Positions 1 through 8,679 of a DNA stretch of 64,000 nt are shown piece after piece (position 1 is the first letter of the stretch; each line of letters opens with the position of its first letter). Location of the stretch: positions 1 through 64,000 of IMG/VR virus record IMGVR_UViG_3300045146_000214. One strand, given 5' to 3'. A program made the position numbers and the translations under genes. The DNA is from a virus. The notes under the pieces were generated by a model. It was not told the origin of the DNA and did no database searches. It saw only the letters and a program-made list of their open reading frames with translations.

Positions 1-602
1 TTATGCTGTAAATCATACACATGGTCAATCCATACTTGCTTGTCTTTAACTGTTTCAGCATCATATAGCTTTAACCATCCATCTGCAATTTTTCCCCATA
101 GCTCACCACCGTAATTTTCGTTCCATCTGCCTACTTCAAATGCATTCTTGGCAGCGTTGACCACTAACTCTCTATTGTTGTTGCTTGCGTCATTTAGCGC
201 AGCATATGACGCACCTCGATTAAGATCACTACCATATTTTCTTTTTTCTTGATCTGTTATGTGAACTTCCTTCGAGAAAACAGAATAATCATTTCGTGAC
301 CTGTATTCAGTATAGAACTTCTTTAGAAAATCAAAGTATTTAAAATTAACATTCTTTTGTGACTTGTCGAACAAGTGCCGAAATTCACAGCAAATTGAGA
401 AATATACTGCATCAAGCATTTCCTGCCTTAATGACTCATAAAGTGTTGATTTTGCTTCTTGCAGTGCATAATTTATATCTTCGTCATTTGCCTCTGTTAG
501 TATAGACATAAGGTAAAAATCCATAAGTTGCTGATCTGGACTATCAGGCAGGGTATAGGTAAAGCTACCTAACTTGGATTCTAATAATTCTTTAATTTTC
601 AT
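1..602 (-). CDS. Hypothetical phage protein, runs off the window edge (YGGExWG...QHN family)
   Basis: Not in the ORF track. ATG at 602 reads MKIKELLESKLGSFTYTLPDSPDQQLMDFYLMSILTEA...WNENYGGELWGKIADGW...IDHVYDLQH and stays open to position 1. Confidence 0.8.
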   Translation of the reverse strand, partial: MKIKELLESKLGSFTYTLPDSPDQQLMDFYLMSILTEANDEDINYALQEAKSTLYESLRQEMLDAVYFSICCEFRHLFDKSQKNVNFKYFDFLKKFYTEYRSRNDYSVFSKEVHITDQEKRKYGSDLNRGASYAALNDASNNNRELVVNAAKNAFEVGRWNENYGGELWGKIADGWLKLYDAETVKDKQVWIDHVYDLQH

Positions 603-680
603 ATTGCCTACATTTTTAAGTTAATTACAATTGGCTATAACGCTCACTACATACAATGTACGATATAGTGAACATATTCG

Positions 681-1583
681 TTATTTATTGTTCTTTTTTT
701 TGTTTTCAAAATATGTTTTTGGATCTACTTTAGATATTACGTATTTGTTAAGTTCTGCATCGTAGATTTTTCCACCTTTCCATGTGCCACCTTTCCATAT
801 GCCATATTCCCATATACCACCATTCCATGTGCCACTTTTCCATATGCCATCTTTCCATGCGCCACCTTTCCATGCTCCATTATTCCATATTCCAGATTCC
901 CATGTACCACCTTTCCATGTGCCGTTATGCCATGTGCCATCATTCCATGTGCCATTATTCCATATGCCATCATACCATTTTCCACCTTTCCACGTGCCAC
1001 CATTCCATGTGCCATTTTTCCATATGCCATATTCCCATGTGCCATTTTTCCATGTGCCCCCACTCCATGAGCCTTTTTTCCATGTACCATTATACCACCA
1101 GCCATCTTCCCATGTGCCACCATCCCATGTGCCATCTTTCCACGTGCCGTTATTCCATGTGTCATTATACCACCAGCCATATTCCCATATGCCATTTTTC
1201 CATGTGCCATTTTCCCATGTGCCATTTTTCCATATGCCACCATTCCATATGCCGTCACTCCATATGCCATTATACCACCAGCCATCTTTCCATATGCCAT
1301 ATTCCCATATGCCATTATACCATTTTCCACCTTCCCATGTGCCATTTTTCCATGTACCATTTTTCCATATGCCATTATACCATTTTCCACCTTCCCATAT
1401 GCCACCTTCCCATATGCCATTTTTCCATATGCCACCTTTCCATGTGTCGCCATCCCATGTGCCACCATTCCACGTGTCACCTTTCATATTTTTAATTTTT
1501 GCATCTTTATTATACCCTGTTTCATCTTTTTTATTAACTTCCACATTCGCCTCTGTTAATATAGACATAAGGTAAGGGTCCAT
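681..1583 (-). CDS. Trp-rich pentapeptide (xGxWx) repeat protein, probable beta-solenoid
   Basis: 47 consecutive pentapeptides such as NGTWK, GGIWE and DGWWY. An upstream in-frame ATG at 1646 is cut off by TAA at 1587-1589. Confidence 0.8.
   Translation of the reverse strand: MDPYLMSILTEANVEVNKKDETGYNKDAKIKNMKGDTWNGGTWDGDTWKGGIWKNGIWEGGIWEGGKWYNGIWKNGTWKNGTWEGGKWYNGIWEYGIWKDGWWYNGIWSDGIWNGGIWKNGTWENGTWKNGIWEYGWWYNDTWNNGTWKDGTWDGGTWEDGWWYNGTWKKGSWSGGTWKNGTWEYGIWKNGTWNGGTWKGGKWYDGIWNNGTWNDGTWHNGTWKGGTWESGIWNNGAWKGGAWKDGIWKSGTWNGGIWEYGIWKGGTWKGGKIYDAELNKYVISKVDPKTYFENKKKNNK
777..1481. repeat. Degenerate 15-bp coding tandem repeat (about 47 units, ttccatgtgccacct-like)
   Basis: Periodicity is directly visible and explains the spurious overlapping ORFs. 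Confidence 0.95.
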
Positions 1584-1667
1584 AAATTACTGGTCTAGGT
1601 TGTCAAAGCTACCTAACTTGGATTCTAATATTTTATAAACTTTCATTTAATATTTTTCCTTAATTAT

Positions 1668-2198
1668 TTAATGTTTTTCAAAAACACTATACGACCTAAT
1701 TCTATTATTAAAACCACACACAACACCTACAACTGCCACAAACTTTGAGTTTGAAGGAGGCTTTGGTATAACGTAGTGAATGATACCAACTCTTTGCCCA
1801 ACATTTAATGACTTCATCGCATTATCAACGAGTTTAGAGGGCGATGGGTAAACAATTCTTCCACAGTTATAATTATCCGCATCTTCTACGCTATAAGGAG
1901 GGTCAAGCAACATAGCGGAAAACCCAGTAGGTAATGGGTCTAATGCGTTTTGCAAATAGTCTGGTTCTGTTGCAGTGTCAATGTCTAATGTTTTGTCGTT
2001 TGGACCAAAGCCACCACGATACAGATAATGTTTCGCCATGCCGCCACATACATGTAAAACTGGATCGTTAATAGTAACACCAAGCAATGCTCGCGCTCGT
2101 TCTGGAAAGCCGCCTAAATATGCGCCATAGTATTTCTTCTCACCCTTTAGCTTCGCTCTTGCCAAAATCCACATATCAGTAATTGGACGATAGCTCAT
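1668..2198 (-). CDS. Small amino-(N6A/N4C) DNA methyltransferase-like protein
   Basis: LHVCGG (motif I-like) followed by LLDPPY (motif IV). Confidence 0.65.
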   Translation of the reverse strand: MSYRPITDMWILARAKLKGEKKYYGAYLGGFPERARALLGVTINDPVLHVCGGMAKHYLYRGGFGPNDKTLDIDTATEPDYLQNALDPLPTGFSAMLLDPPYSVEDADNYNCGRIVYPSPSKLVDNAMKSLNVGQRVGIIHYVIPKPPSNSKFVAVVGVVCGFNNRIRSYSVFEKH

Positions 2199-2227
2199 AA
2201 CATTTCACTCCTATAGAATTAATTCAC

Positions 2228-3208
2228 TTAAACACTAACATTTTCAGTTGGCTTTTCCTCTCCTAACTCACGCGATGATAACGTTGGTATATCTGTATAC
2301 ACATGAATTAATGCTCTTAACTTGTCAGAAGATATAGTGGTGTCCTTGTTGGTCATGCCTTTAATAAACCAAAACTCAACAAGTTCTTTTGAAATTGCAT
2401 AATAACGAACTCTTCCATTATAAAGTAAATCTTTTGTATCCAATAAAATATAACCATCAATGTCATTTAGTTTTTCTGTGTAAAATCCGACCAAATTAAA
2501 TGCTCTACCTTTTCCTCGCTGATTAGCTGGATTAAAATAAATTCCACCTTGCTTAACCGACATCATTCTTACTTCAAAATTCTTATCGTTTATCTTAATA
2601 TCATAGTGCGCATTTTCTTCTGTTGCACGTTGCCAACCATTTGATTGGCATAACTTAATCTCCAGCAAAAGACCTAAAAATCTTCCATCTGTAAAAATCT
2701 TCTTTAAATCCTCGTCTAGATTAAGCCCAAATCCACGAACAACAACATCGAAGTTTATGGTAAATTCTCCGTAGCCATCACTTAAACCAACAGATTGTCT
2801 AAATCTCTTTTCTTGCTGTAAACCCGACCATACTTTCCAGATGTTTTTTATACTTGGCCGTTGATAAACATTTTGTTGCTTAATAACGGCATTAATATCA
2901 GGGTTCATTTTACATTTTTTAAATAGAAGTTTAAGTTCTTCAGCATCTATATTTGGAGAAACTTTTTTGGCATATTCTGCTGCTTTCTCTTCCGACTCGT
3001 CTGTAGCAAGTAACTTACCAACAATCTTTTCAAGTTTAAACTCACGTATTCTTTTAACAATTTCATCTAAAGAGCTTTTTGATCCTGTTTTTAGCACCTT
3101 ACCCATCGCAATCAAAACTTCTTTTTCATCATTAGTTAAAGTAACTCTTGGAACCGTCGCCATCTTTTTAAAACCTATCTCTTCTTTAAATAATTCTTTT
3201 ATCTTCAT
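2228..3208 (-). CDS. Hypothetical protein with possible C-terminal restriction-endonuclease-like (PD-(D/E)xK) domain
   Basis: LLE...HYDIKINDKNFEVR resembles an E...D-x(n)-E-x-K/R nuclease core. Starts MKIKELFKEE. Confidence 0.4.
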   Translation of the reverse strand: MKIKELFKEEIGFKKMATVPRVTLTNDEKEVLIAMGKVLKTGSKSSLDEIVKRIREFKLEKIVGKLLATDESEEKAAEYAKKVSPNIDAEELKLLFKKCKMNPDINAVIKQQNVYQRPSIKNIWKVWSGLQQEKRFRQSVGLSDGYGEFTINFDVVVRGFGLNLDEDLKKIFTDGRFLGLLLEIKLCQSNGWQRATEENAHYDIKINDKNFEVRMMSVKQGGIYFNPANQRGKGRAFNLVGFYTEKLNDIDGYILLDTKDLLYNGRVRYYAISKELVEFWFIKGMTNKDTTISSDKLRALIHVYTDIPTLSSRELGEEKPTENVSV

Positions 3209-3282
3209 AGTAGTAAAACTTGTGGATTAATATCGTTAATAGAATATACGGTTTTCTCTCATTAATATTACTATTAACATAT

Positions 3283-3972
3283 TCATATAGGCTCATATGT
3301 TACCATAAATATGTCTGGTTTGCACGGATACCTTTCACCCTTTACGCCGGTGATGATGAAATCTCCTGGGCATACAATATGGCCACCCTCTAATGTGTCT
3401 ATCCAACCATGCTCATGAAATGTTTTACCACATTGTGAACACGCATCTTTTCCAGAGACATCCGGTCTGCGGTAATAGCGAACAACACCACCCTCCCACT
3501 CTTTTTCTTTAGCTTCTTGTCCAGCCCATGTGCGTAGTTCATCATTTTCATAGTCAGTCCTATCTTTTTTGAAATCATCAGGATGGTCGCCATTTTTGAA
3601 CCACTGCGTTGCCTCTACTATAACAGGTTTTTTACGATATTGCATATTTTCTCCTTGTATATTATTAACATCAAAACCACCTTTTCTATAGGCATCAATT
3701 TTTTTGTTTAATTCATCAAGCCAATTACAATGTTCTGCTGAAACATCATTTTCTGCTCTTAATGCTCCTAACATCATAAAAACTTTTGCAAATACCCACA
3801 CGCCTATAAGAGATAATAGTGCTAGTGCCCAAATTTTTATACTAATGTTGAACTCATATAACTGCTTCTGTAGTTCACGCGAACTAATGTAAATAATCAT
3901 TAGTGCAGAAAACCAACCCCAGCCGTAATTGAATACAGCTTTTTGCCGAGCTATAAATTTTAATATTTTCAT
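3283..3972 (-). CDS. Two-TM N-terminal module fused to a common phage domain (YRKKPVIVEA...PGDFIITGVKGERYPCKPDIF, PGDYG-like)
   Basis: Likely start is ATG 3972 (MKILKF). A second ATG at 3645 has its own AAGGAG RBS. Confidence 0.7.
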   Translation of the reverse strand: MKILKFIARQKAVFNYGWGWFSALMIIYISSRELQKQLYEFNISIKIWALALLSLIGVWVFAKVFMMLGALRAENDVSAEHCNWLDELNKKIDAYRKGGFDVNNIQGENMQYRKKPVIVEATQWFKNGDHPDDFKKDRTDYENDELRTWAGQEAKEKEWEGGVVRYYRRPDVSGKDACSQCGKTFHEHGWIDTLEGGHIVCPGDFIITGVKGERYPCKPDIFMVTYEPI

Positions 3973-3978
3973 TATCCA
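3693..3978. repeat. Direct repeat copy A (about 286 bp) encoding the TM module; partner at 8390-8675
   Basis: Alignable base by base, with about 20 substitutions counted by eye, mostly synonymous or conservative. Confidence 0.95.
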
Positions 3979-4076
3979 CATTTCGAAAATCCGCATTGAG
4001 TGCAGACAGGACAACCATCTACGAATTTCATATCGCCTTCACATTGTGGGCATTTTCTTGAACACGCAGTCCCATC
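3972..4076 (-). pseudogene. Duplicated 3' end of nrdJ (C-terminal Zn ribbon) with no in-frame start
   Basis: Near-identical to 9574-9678. Encodes DGTACSRKCPQCEGDMKFVDGCPVCTQCGFSKCG*. The upstream ATG at 4125 is in another frame. Confidence 0.85.
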
Positions 4077-4207
4077 ATAAATGTAATGTTTGTTGGCTGC
4101 AAATCTTATTTAATTCATTCATCATAGTAGTAATATATCAATTTTACTGTATTTAAATCTTGGTAATATATATTAGCTTTAATAAAAACATAACAGTCTT
4201 TAATGGA

Positions 4208-5254
4208 TCATGTTTCATCCTTACTTTTGATATAATCATCAACACTATTAACTATTTCTCTCTCTAATAATGGTTGTTCTACAGTTTTAACCCAATGATG
4301 GTTATCGTGTGAAAAAAAACATTTTGACCGCTGTAGGCATATTGGCCCAAAATATGTAAATTGAAACTCTAATGCATAATATTGTTTACCATCAAATGCA
4401 ACATCTAAAGATAAGAATGGCACATCAAGTTTTTCAAATATGTTTTTAGCGAACCACAATAAATTATCAACATTTTCTTCTGGCCAGCTAAAAACACCAC
4501 TACCGCTTGCTCTAAAATCATTCTCTCTATTGTCTCGCTTCATTATATAATACTTGTTGCCAAAAACCAATATCTTCCAATCGTTCATCAAATTTGGTAT
4601 AAACTTTTGAATTATAAATTTTTTTCTGTATCTCGAAACTGGTTTATAACCACTATAAAAAAACGGGGCAATTAAATCCTTTATACCATTAATACCACTA
4701 TAACTTGCCTTGCTTATTTGTTTAATTATTTTTTCTGTTTGTTTAATGTCGTCTGACTTAAACACAAAGCGACTGCCAGCACCAGATGCAGCCTTAATAA
4801 CTATAGGCTCTTTAATTTTATTATTTTCTCTATATTCTTCAATTGTGCCATATACACCGGTTTCAATGTTTAACAACTCATCAATATCCAAATGTTTTCT
4901 AAGCATCTCCATACACGATTTATTATGATGTGCTCTAAAATATTTAAACTCAGGCAGTAAAATTGCGCCTGATTCTTTTAGCATAAGTAACACATCCTCT
5001 ATGTAATCTTTATAAAACAATCCTTCATCTTCTGATGATGGGTATAAAACATATTTTTTGAACAAATTTTTATCGCAATAATCAATTGTATTATATGATG
5101 ATATAACGATCTTATAGCCACGATTTTCAAACAAATTCTTAATTAATGATATATCAACACCAGCCTTATTAGTGGTTGATGAAAAGAATCTTTTATTATA
5201 ATCCACCAAAATAACTATATCTTTACTCATATTCAATTTTTCCAATCCAACCAA
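4208..5254 (-). CDS. ATP-grasp (RimK-like) ligase
   Basis: PIVIKAASGAGSRFV, FIIQKFIP, DWKILV, RENDFRASGSG, SLDVAFDG...LEFQ. Confidence 0.8.
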   Translation of the reverse strand: MVGLEKLNMSKDIVILVDYNKRFFSSTTNKAGVDISLIKNLFENRGYKIVISSYNTIDYCDKNLFKKYVLYPSSEDEGLFYKDYIEDVLLMLKESGAILLPEFKYFRAHHNKSCMEMLRKHLDIDELLNIETGVYGTIEEYRENNKIKEPIVIKAASGAGSRFVFKSDDIKQTEKIIKQISKASYSGINGIKDLIAPFFYSGYKPVSRYRKKFIIQKFIPNLMNDWKILVFGNKYYIMKRDNRENDFRASGSGVFSWPEENVDNLLWFAKNIFEKLDVPFLSLDVAFDGKQYYALEFQFTYFGPICLQRSKCFFSHDNHHWVKTVEQPLLEREIVNSVDDYIKSKDET

Positions 5255-6542
5255 ATGGTGGTTTAAAATATTTACCGAATAAAGTCATTACATCTTTATA
5301 ATCATATTCTTTATTATTATGACAAACCACCATATCCTGTCCATCTAAATCAAATAAATGTTTTGCGTTTAATAGTAGCGGTATTTTTGTCCAGTCATAA
5401 CGCATTAATGCTGCATGAGCAATATCTGCAAAACATGATGATGAAGAAAAAGTTATTGCCCCAAGATTTGTTGGCCTGTTGGACAGTGGCCCGTCGCCAT
5501 CACCAGCAATAATTGCATCAGTTAGTGTATATATTGTCCTTTGTCGTTCTTTTTGAATGTGCCCATCAGATAAGCCACATAATAATATTTTGTTTAAATC
5601 AATCACCATTCTCCAAACTGTATCGTTCCCGCACCATGCTCCTTCTATAGTTGTGTCTTTATTGAATAAATATTTATATGCCCTTAATAGCGCAATTGAT
5701 GTTTTATTTAAAACACTATACTTATACGTTCCGATGTTACGATTTGCAATATCCATAATCAATTCTGCACAATATTTCAATTTGCTTGATTCGGCATAAC
5801 AATCACCACCCTTTGACATATCTCCTAAGCGATGATGCGGCAAGTAGCTTTTATCACCATTAATACCAACAATGTTTTTTAATGCTCCAGTGATTCCAGA
5901 TTTGCAATGAGTTTTTAATTTTGGCATGTTAATTATTACATCTGCATCAAAAATATCTTTCCAAATTAAATACTCATGTTTGCCTAGTTTTTGCCTAATG
6001 TTCAATTCGCTACTATCATAATTAGTTATTCTAAAATTATTTAATGTGGATATTGGCTCTAACATACTATCACATCCAAGATCAAAAAGACAATATTGAT
6101 TTTTACTTATTATTTTTTTAGAATAAGCGTTGTCCCAAACAGATAATCTTAAATCACAAACGTCTATGTTGCTCGATAAACTTCGCAATTCATTTAAAAA
6201 ATTTTCAGTTACAATGTTATTAAATTCACAATTTTGTATAGGCGCATCTGCTATAATTATTTTTTGCGGAGCACATTTTAAGATTTCCTTAACAACTGTT
6301 ATTATTAAATTTTTATTTGTTATTATACAATCAACTGTATAACCGTTATTGTTTTTGTGGCAAACAAAATTTGGTTTTATAACAACAACATCGCCATTTT
6401 TGATAATTGCATTAAATGCCCCTCGGTGGTTATCGTAGAGATAACCAGCAGAATATATAGCTTGCAACATTAAGTTTGTTAATAAACTTCCGTCATTGTA
6501 AACACACCTGTTGGTTGTCGCCATTCCAACTTTGTTATTCAT
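5223..6542 (-). CDS. DUF362-domain (Fe-S-associated) protein
   Basis: VVIKPNFV, ADVIINMPKLKTHCKSGITGALKNIVG, DAIIAGDGDGP. Confidence 0.8.
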   Translation of the reverse strand: MNNKVGMATTNRCVYNDGSLLTNLMLQAIYSAGYLYDNHRGAFNAIIKNGDVVVIKPNFVCHKNNNGYTVDCIITNKNLIITVVKEILKCAPQKIIIADAPIQNCEFNNIVTENFLNELRSLSSNIDVCDLRLSVWDNAYSKKIISKNQYCLFDLGCDSMLEPISTLNNFRITNYDSSELNIRQKLGKHEYLIWKDIFDADVIINMPKLKTHCKSGITGALKNIVGINGDKSYLPHHRLGDMSKGGDCYAESSKLKYCAELIMDIANRNIGTYKYSVLNKTSIALLRAYKYLFNKDTTIEGAWCGNDTVWRMVIDLNKILLCGLSDGHIQKERQRTIYTLTDAIIAGDGDGPLSNRPTNLGAITFSSSSCFADIAHAALMRYDWTKIPLLLNAKHLFDLDGQDMVVCHNNKEYDYKDVMTLFGKYFKPPFGWIGKIEYE

Positions 6543-7638
6543 TGAATAATACCTTTTTGTACTGATTTACTATAATGTCTTTTGAGAACTTTTTATTAAT
6601 ATCATCAAAAGCAATTCTGGCCATATCTTTATATAAGTTCTTATTATTGATTGTGTCCTCTATTAAGCCAGCTAATGAAACATAATCGCCAACGGCGAAT
6701 AAACGACCATTAACCCCATCGTTAATAATTTCTCTTGGGCCATAATCACAATCTGAACTGATAACTGGCACCCCACATGCCATTGCCTCTATAACAACGT
6801 TTGGGAATGCTTCTGTTTTTGAGCTTAATATAAACAAATCTGATTTCTTGAAATAAGAAAATGGCGTTTTTACTTGACCAACAAAATCAACAATATTATC
6901 TAGTCGCAAGTCATGTGTTAATTTTTCTAAGTGGTGCCTAAGATCTCCATCACCAAGTAAGATCAATTTTAGGTTATAAGTTTTCATCTTTAAAGCATAC
7001 ATTGCCTTTAATAAAGTACAATGATCTTTATATTTGCTGAAATTAGCACACGATACAATAACAAAATTGTTTTCGTTAAACCATCTATGCTCAACATTAT
7101 CTTCAGAAAGCAACCTTATCTTACTTGTATTAATTAAATTGTTAATTACTGTTATTTTTTTGGTTGGAACATAAAAATATTTTATTAGTTCTTTAGCGGC
7201 ACCATTAGACTGGCAAATAACACCATTGCACATTTGTAAACAAATTGGCAAAAGAATTTTATGCAATATCTTATTAACACCACTTAGTAACTTATTGTGG
7301 CAAACACATTCTCTAGCATATAATTTTATATTTCTTATTCCAATTAATGACAAAACGGTTTGAAATGTAACGCTTGACATGACAGACAATATTGCGTCTG
7401 GTTTTGTCGTTTTAACAGCACTTCTTATGCCCCTACAAACTCTTAATATATCAAATGAATTTGTACGTTTTAAATCAATAACGGTTATTTTTTTATCAAG
7501 TTCAAAATATTGTTTTTCTGTAGTAAAAACTACAACAGTAATCTTAACATCGTCAATAAGCTCGGATGATAACCTTTCAACAAAACGTTCTGCGCCACCA
7601 CATTGTAGTGTGTTTATCACGATCATCAAATGTTTCAT
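6535..7638 (-). CDS. Glycosyltransferase, GT4 family (GT-B fold)
   Basis: GGAER near the N-terminus; SSKTEAFPNVVIEAMACGVPVISSDC..GPREII. Confidence 0.9.
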   Translation of the reverse strand: MKHLMIVINTLQCGGAERFVERLSSELIDDVKITVVVFTTEKQYFELDKKITVIDLKRTNSFDILRVCRGIRSAVKTTKPDAILSVMSSVTFQTVLSLIGIRNIKLYARECVCHNKLLSGVNKILHKILLPICLQMCNGVICQSNGAAKELIKYFYVPTKKITVINNLINTSKIRLLSEDNVEHRWFNENNFVIVSCANFSKYKDHCTLLKAMYALKMKTYNLKLILLGDGDLRHHLEKLTHDLRLDNIVDFVGQVKTPFSYFKKSDLFILSSKTEAFPNVVIEAMACGVPVISSDCDYGPREIINDGVNGRLFAVGDYVSLAGLIEDTINNKNLYKDMARIAFDDINKKFSKDIIVNQYKKVLFNE

Positions 7639-8669
7639 ACCTCCCCTTTTTTACCCAAAAATATTAAATGTGAACGTTCTTTTTTAAGAATAAAATCACC
7701 AATGCGATAGGATATATTTTTTATAACATCATTAGAATAATATAGTAAATTTGTCTGGTCGCACCAAATTGAACTAAATCCATATTTCTTCAATCGTTTG
7801 CTCAACAAATCTTTATTAAACGACTGTAGGTGCTGCATTTTATGGAATATAGAGTTACATTCTGGACATATAATATTACTATCCGATAATTTTTCATTAT
7901 TCGGGACAGTTATAATAATAACTCCATTATTTTTTAATATTCTATTAATTTCATTAAGACATATATCTATTTTATCATTATCCATATGTTCAATGACTTC
8001 GATTAAAAATACCGCATCAAAAGTGTTGCTTGGATATGATAGTTCCCCGTCAGTAATCAATCTAGCATCTATAAAATTTTTATGTTGTTGATATTTTTGT
8101 AATACAAATTCCACTGATGTATTTGAATAATCACAAGCATACACCTTATTGTTATTCGACTTTAATAAATAATAGCATAGTGCACCATTCCCGCATCCAT
8201 AATCTAATATATTCCCACATACTGTAATTTTTTTATTGATAAAATTAATTATGGCATCTCCAACTTGTTCGGTGAAATATCCGCAGCTATGCATTGCCAT
8301 ATAGTTCCAAAAATTATTTATTTTTTCGTCACTCCATGTGACGCTGGATTGCAAAAATGAGTCTTTTGTATTGTTATCAATTTTATGACCATCAATTTTT
8401 TTGTTTAATTCATCAAGCCAATTACAATGTTCTGCCGAAACATCATTTTCTGCTCTTAATGCTCCTAACATCATAAATAATTTTGCGAATGCCCATACTC
8501 CTATAAGTGCCATCAATGCCAACACCCAAATTTTTATACTAATATTGAACTCATATAACTGCTTCTGTAGTTCACGCGAACTAATGTAAATAATCATTAG
8601 GGCAGAAAACCATCCCCAGCCGTAACTGAATACAGCTTTTTGCCGAGCTATAAATTTTAATATTTTCAT
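7635..8669 (-). CDS. Class I SAM-dependent methyltransferase with N-terminal two-TM module
   Basis: ILDYGCGNG, FDAVFLIEVIEH, RILKNNG, CPEC. Likely start is ATG 8669 (MKILKF). Confidence 0.8.
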   Translation of the reverse strand: MKILKFIARQKAVFSYGWGWFSALMIIYISSRELQKQLYEFNISIKIWVLALMALIGVWAFAKLFMMLGALRAENDVSAEHCNWLDELNKKIDGHKIDNNTKDSFLQSSVTWSDEKINNFWNYMAMHSCGYFTEQVGDAIINFINKKITVCGNILDYGCGNGALCYYLLKSNNNKVYACDYSNTSVEFVLQKYQQHKNFIDARLITDGELSYPSNTFDAVFLIEVIEHMDNDKIDICLNEINRILKNNGVIIITVPNNEKLSDSNIICPECNSIFHKMQHLQSFNKDLLSKRLKKYGFSSIWCDQTNLLYYSNDVIKNISYRIGDFILKKERSHLIFLGKKGEV

Positions 8670-8675
8670 TATCCA
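8390..8675. repeat. Direct repeat copy B of the TM module
   Basis: Matches 3693-3978. Confidence 0.95.
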
Positions 8676-8679
8676 TAAT

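Noticed and set aside
737-1575. Three long overlapping ORFs (737-1480, 782-1495, 784-1575) and a possible CRISPR-like array
   Set aside because: They are shadows of the 15-bp coding repeat, and there are no unique spacers.
1587-1589. Genome-wide stop-codon reassignment (TAA->Gln)
   Set aside because: Conserved genes translate intact in code 11 and many end in TAA. This is an isolated event.
3972-4125. Stand-alone Zn-ribbon mini-protein from the nrdJ tail copy
   Set aside because: The ATG at 4125 reads MMNELNKICSQQTLHL* in a different frame. A frameshift would be needed and no slippery site is evident.
3693-8675. Diversity-generating retroelement TR/VR pair
   Set aside because: Differences between copies are not adenine-specific, are mostly synonymous, and lie at 5' ends. 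No reverse transcriptase is present in the window.
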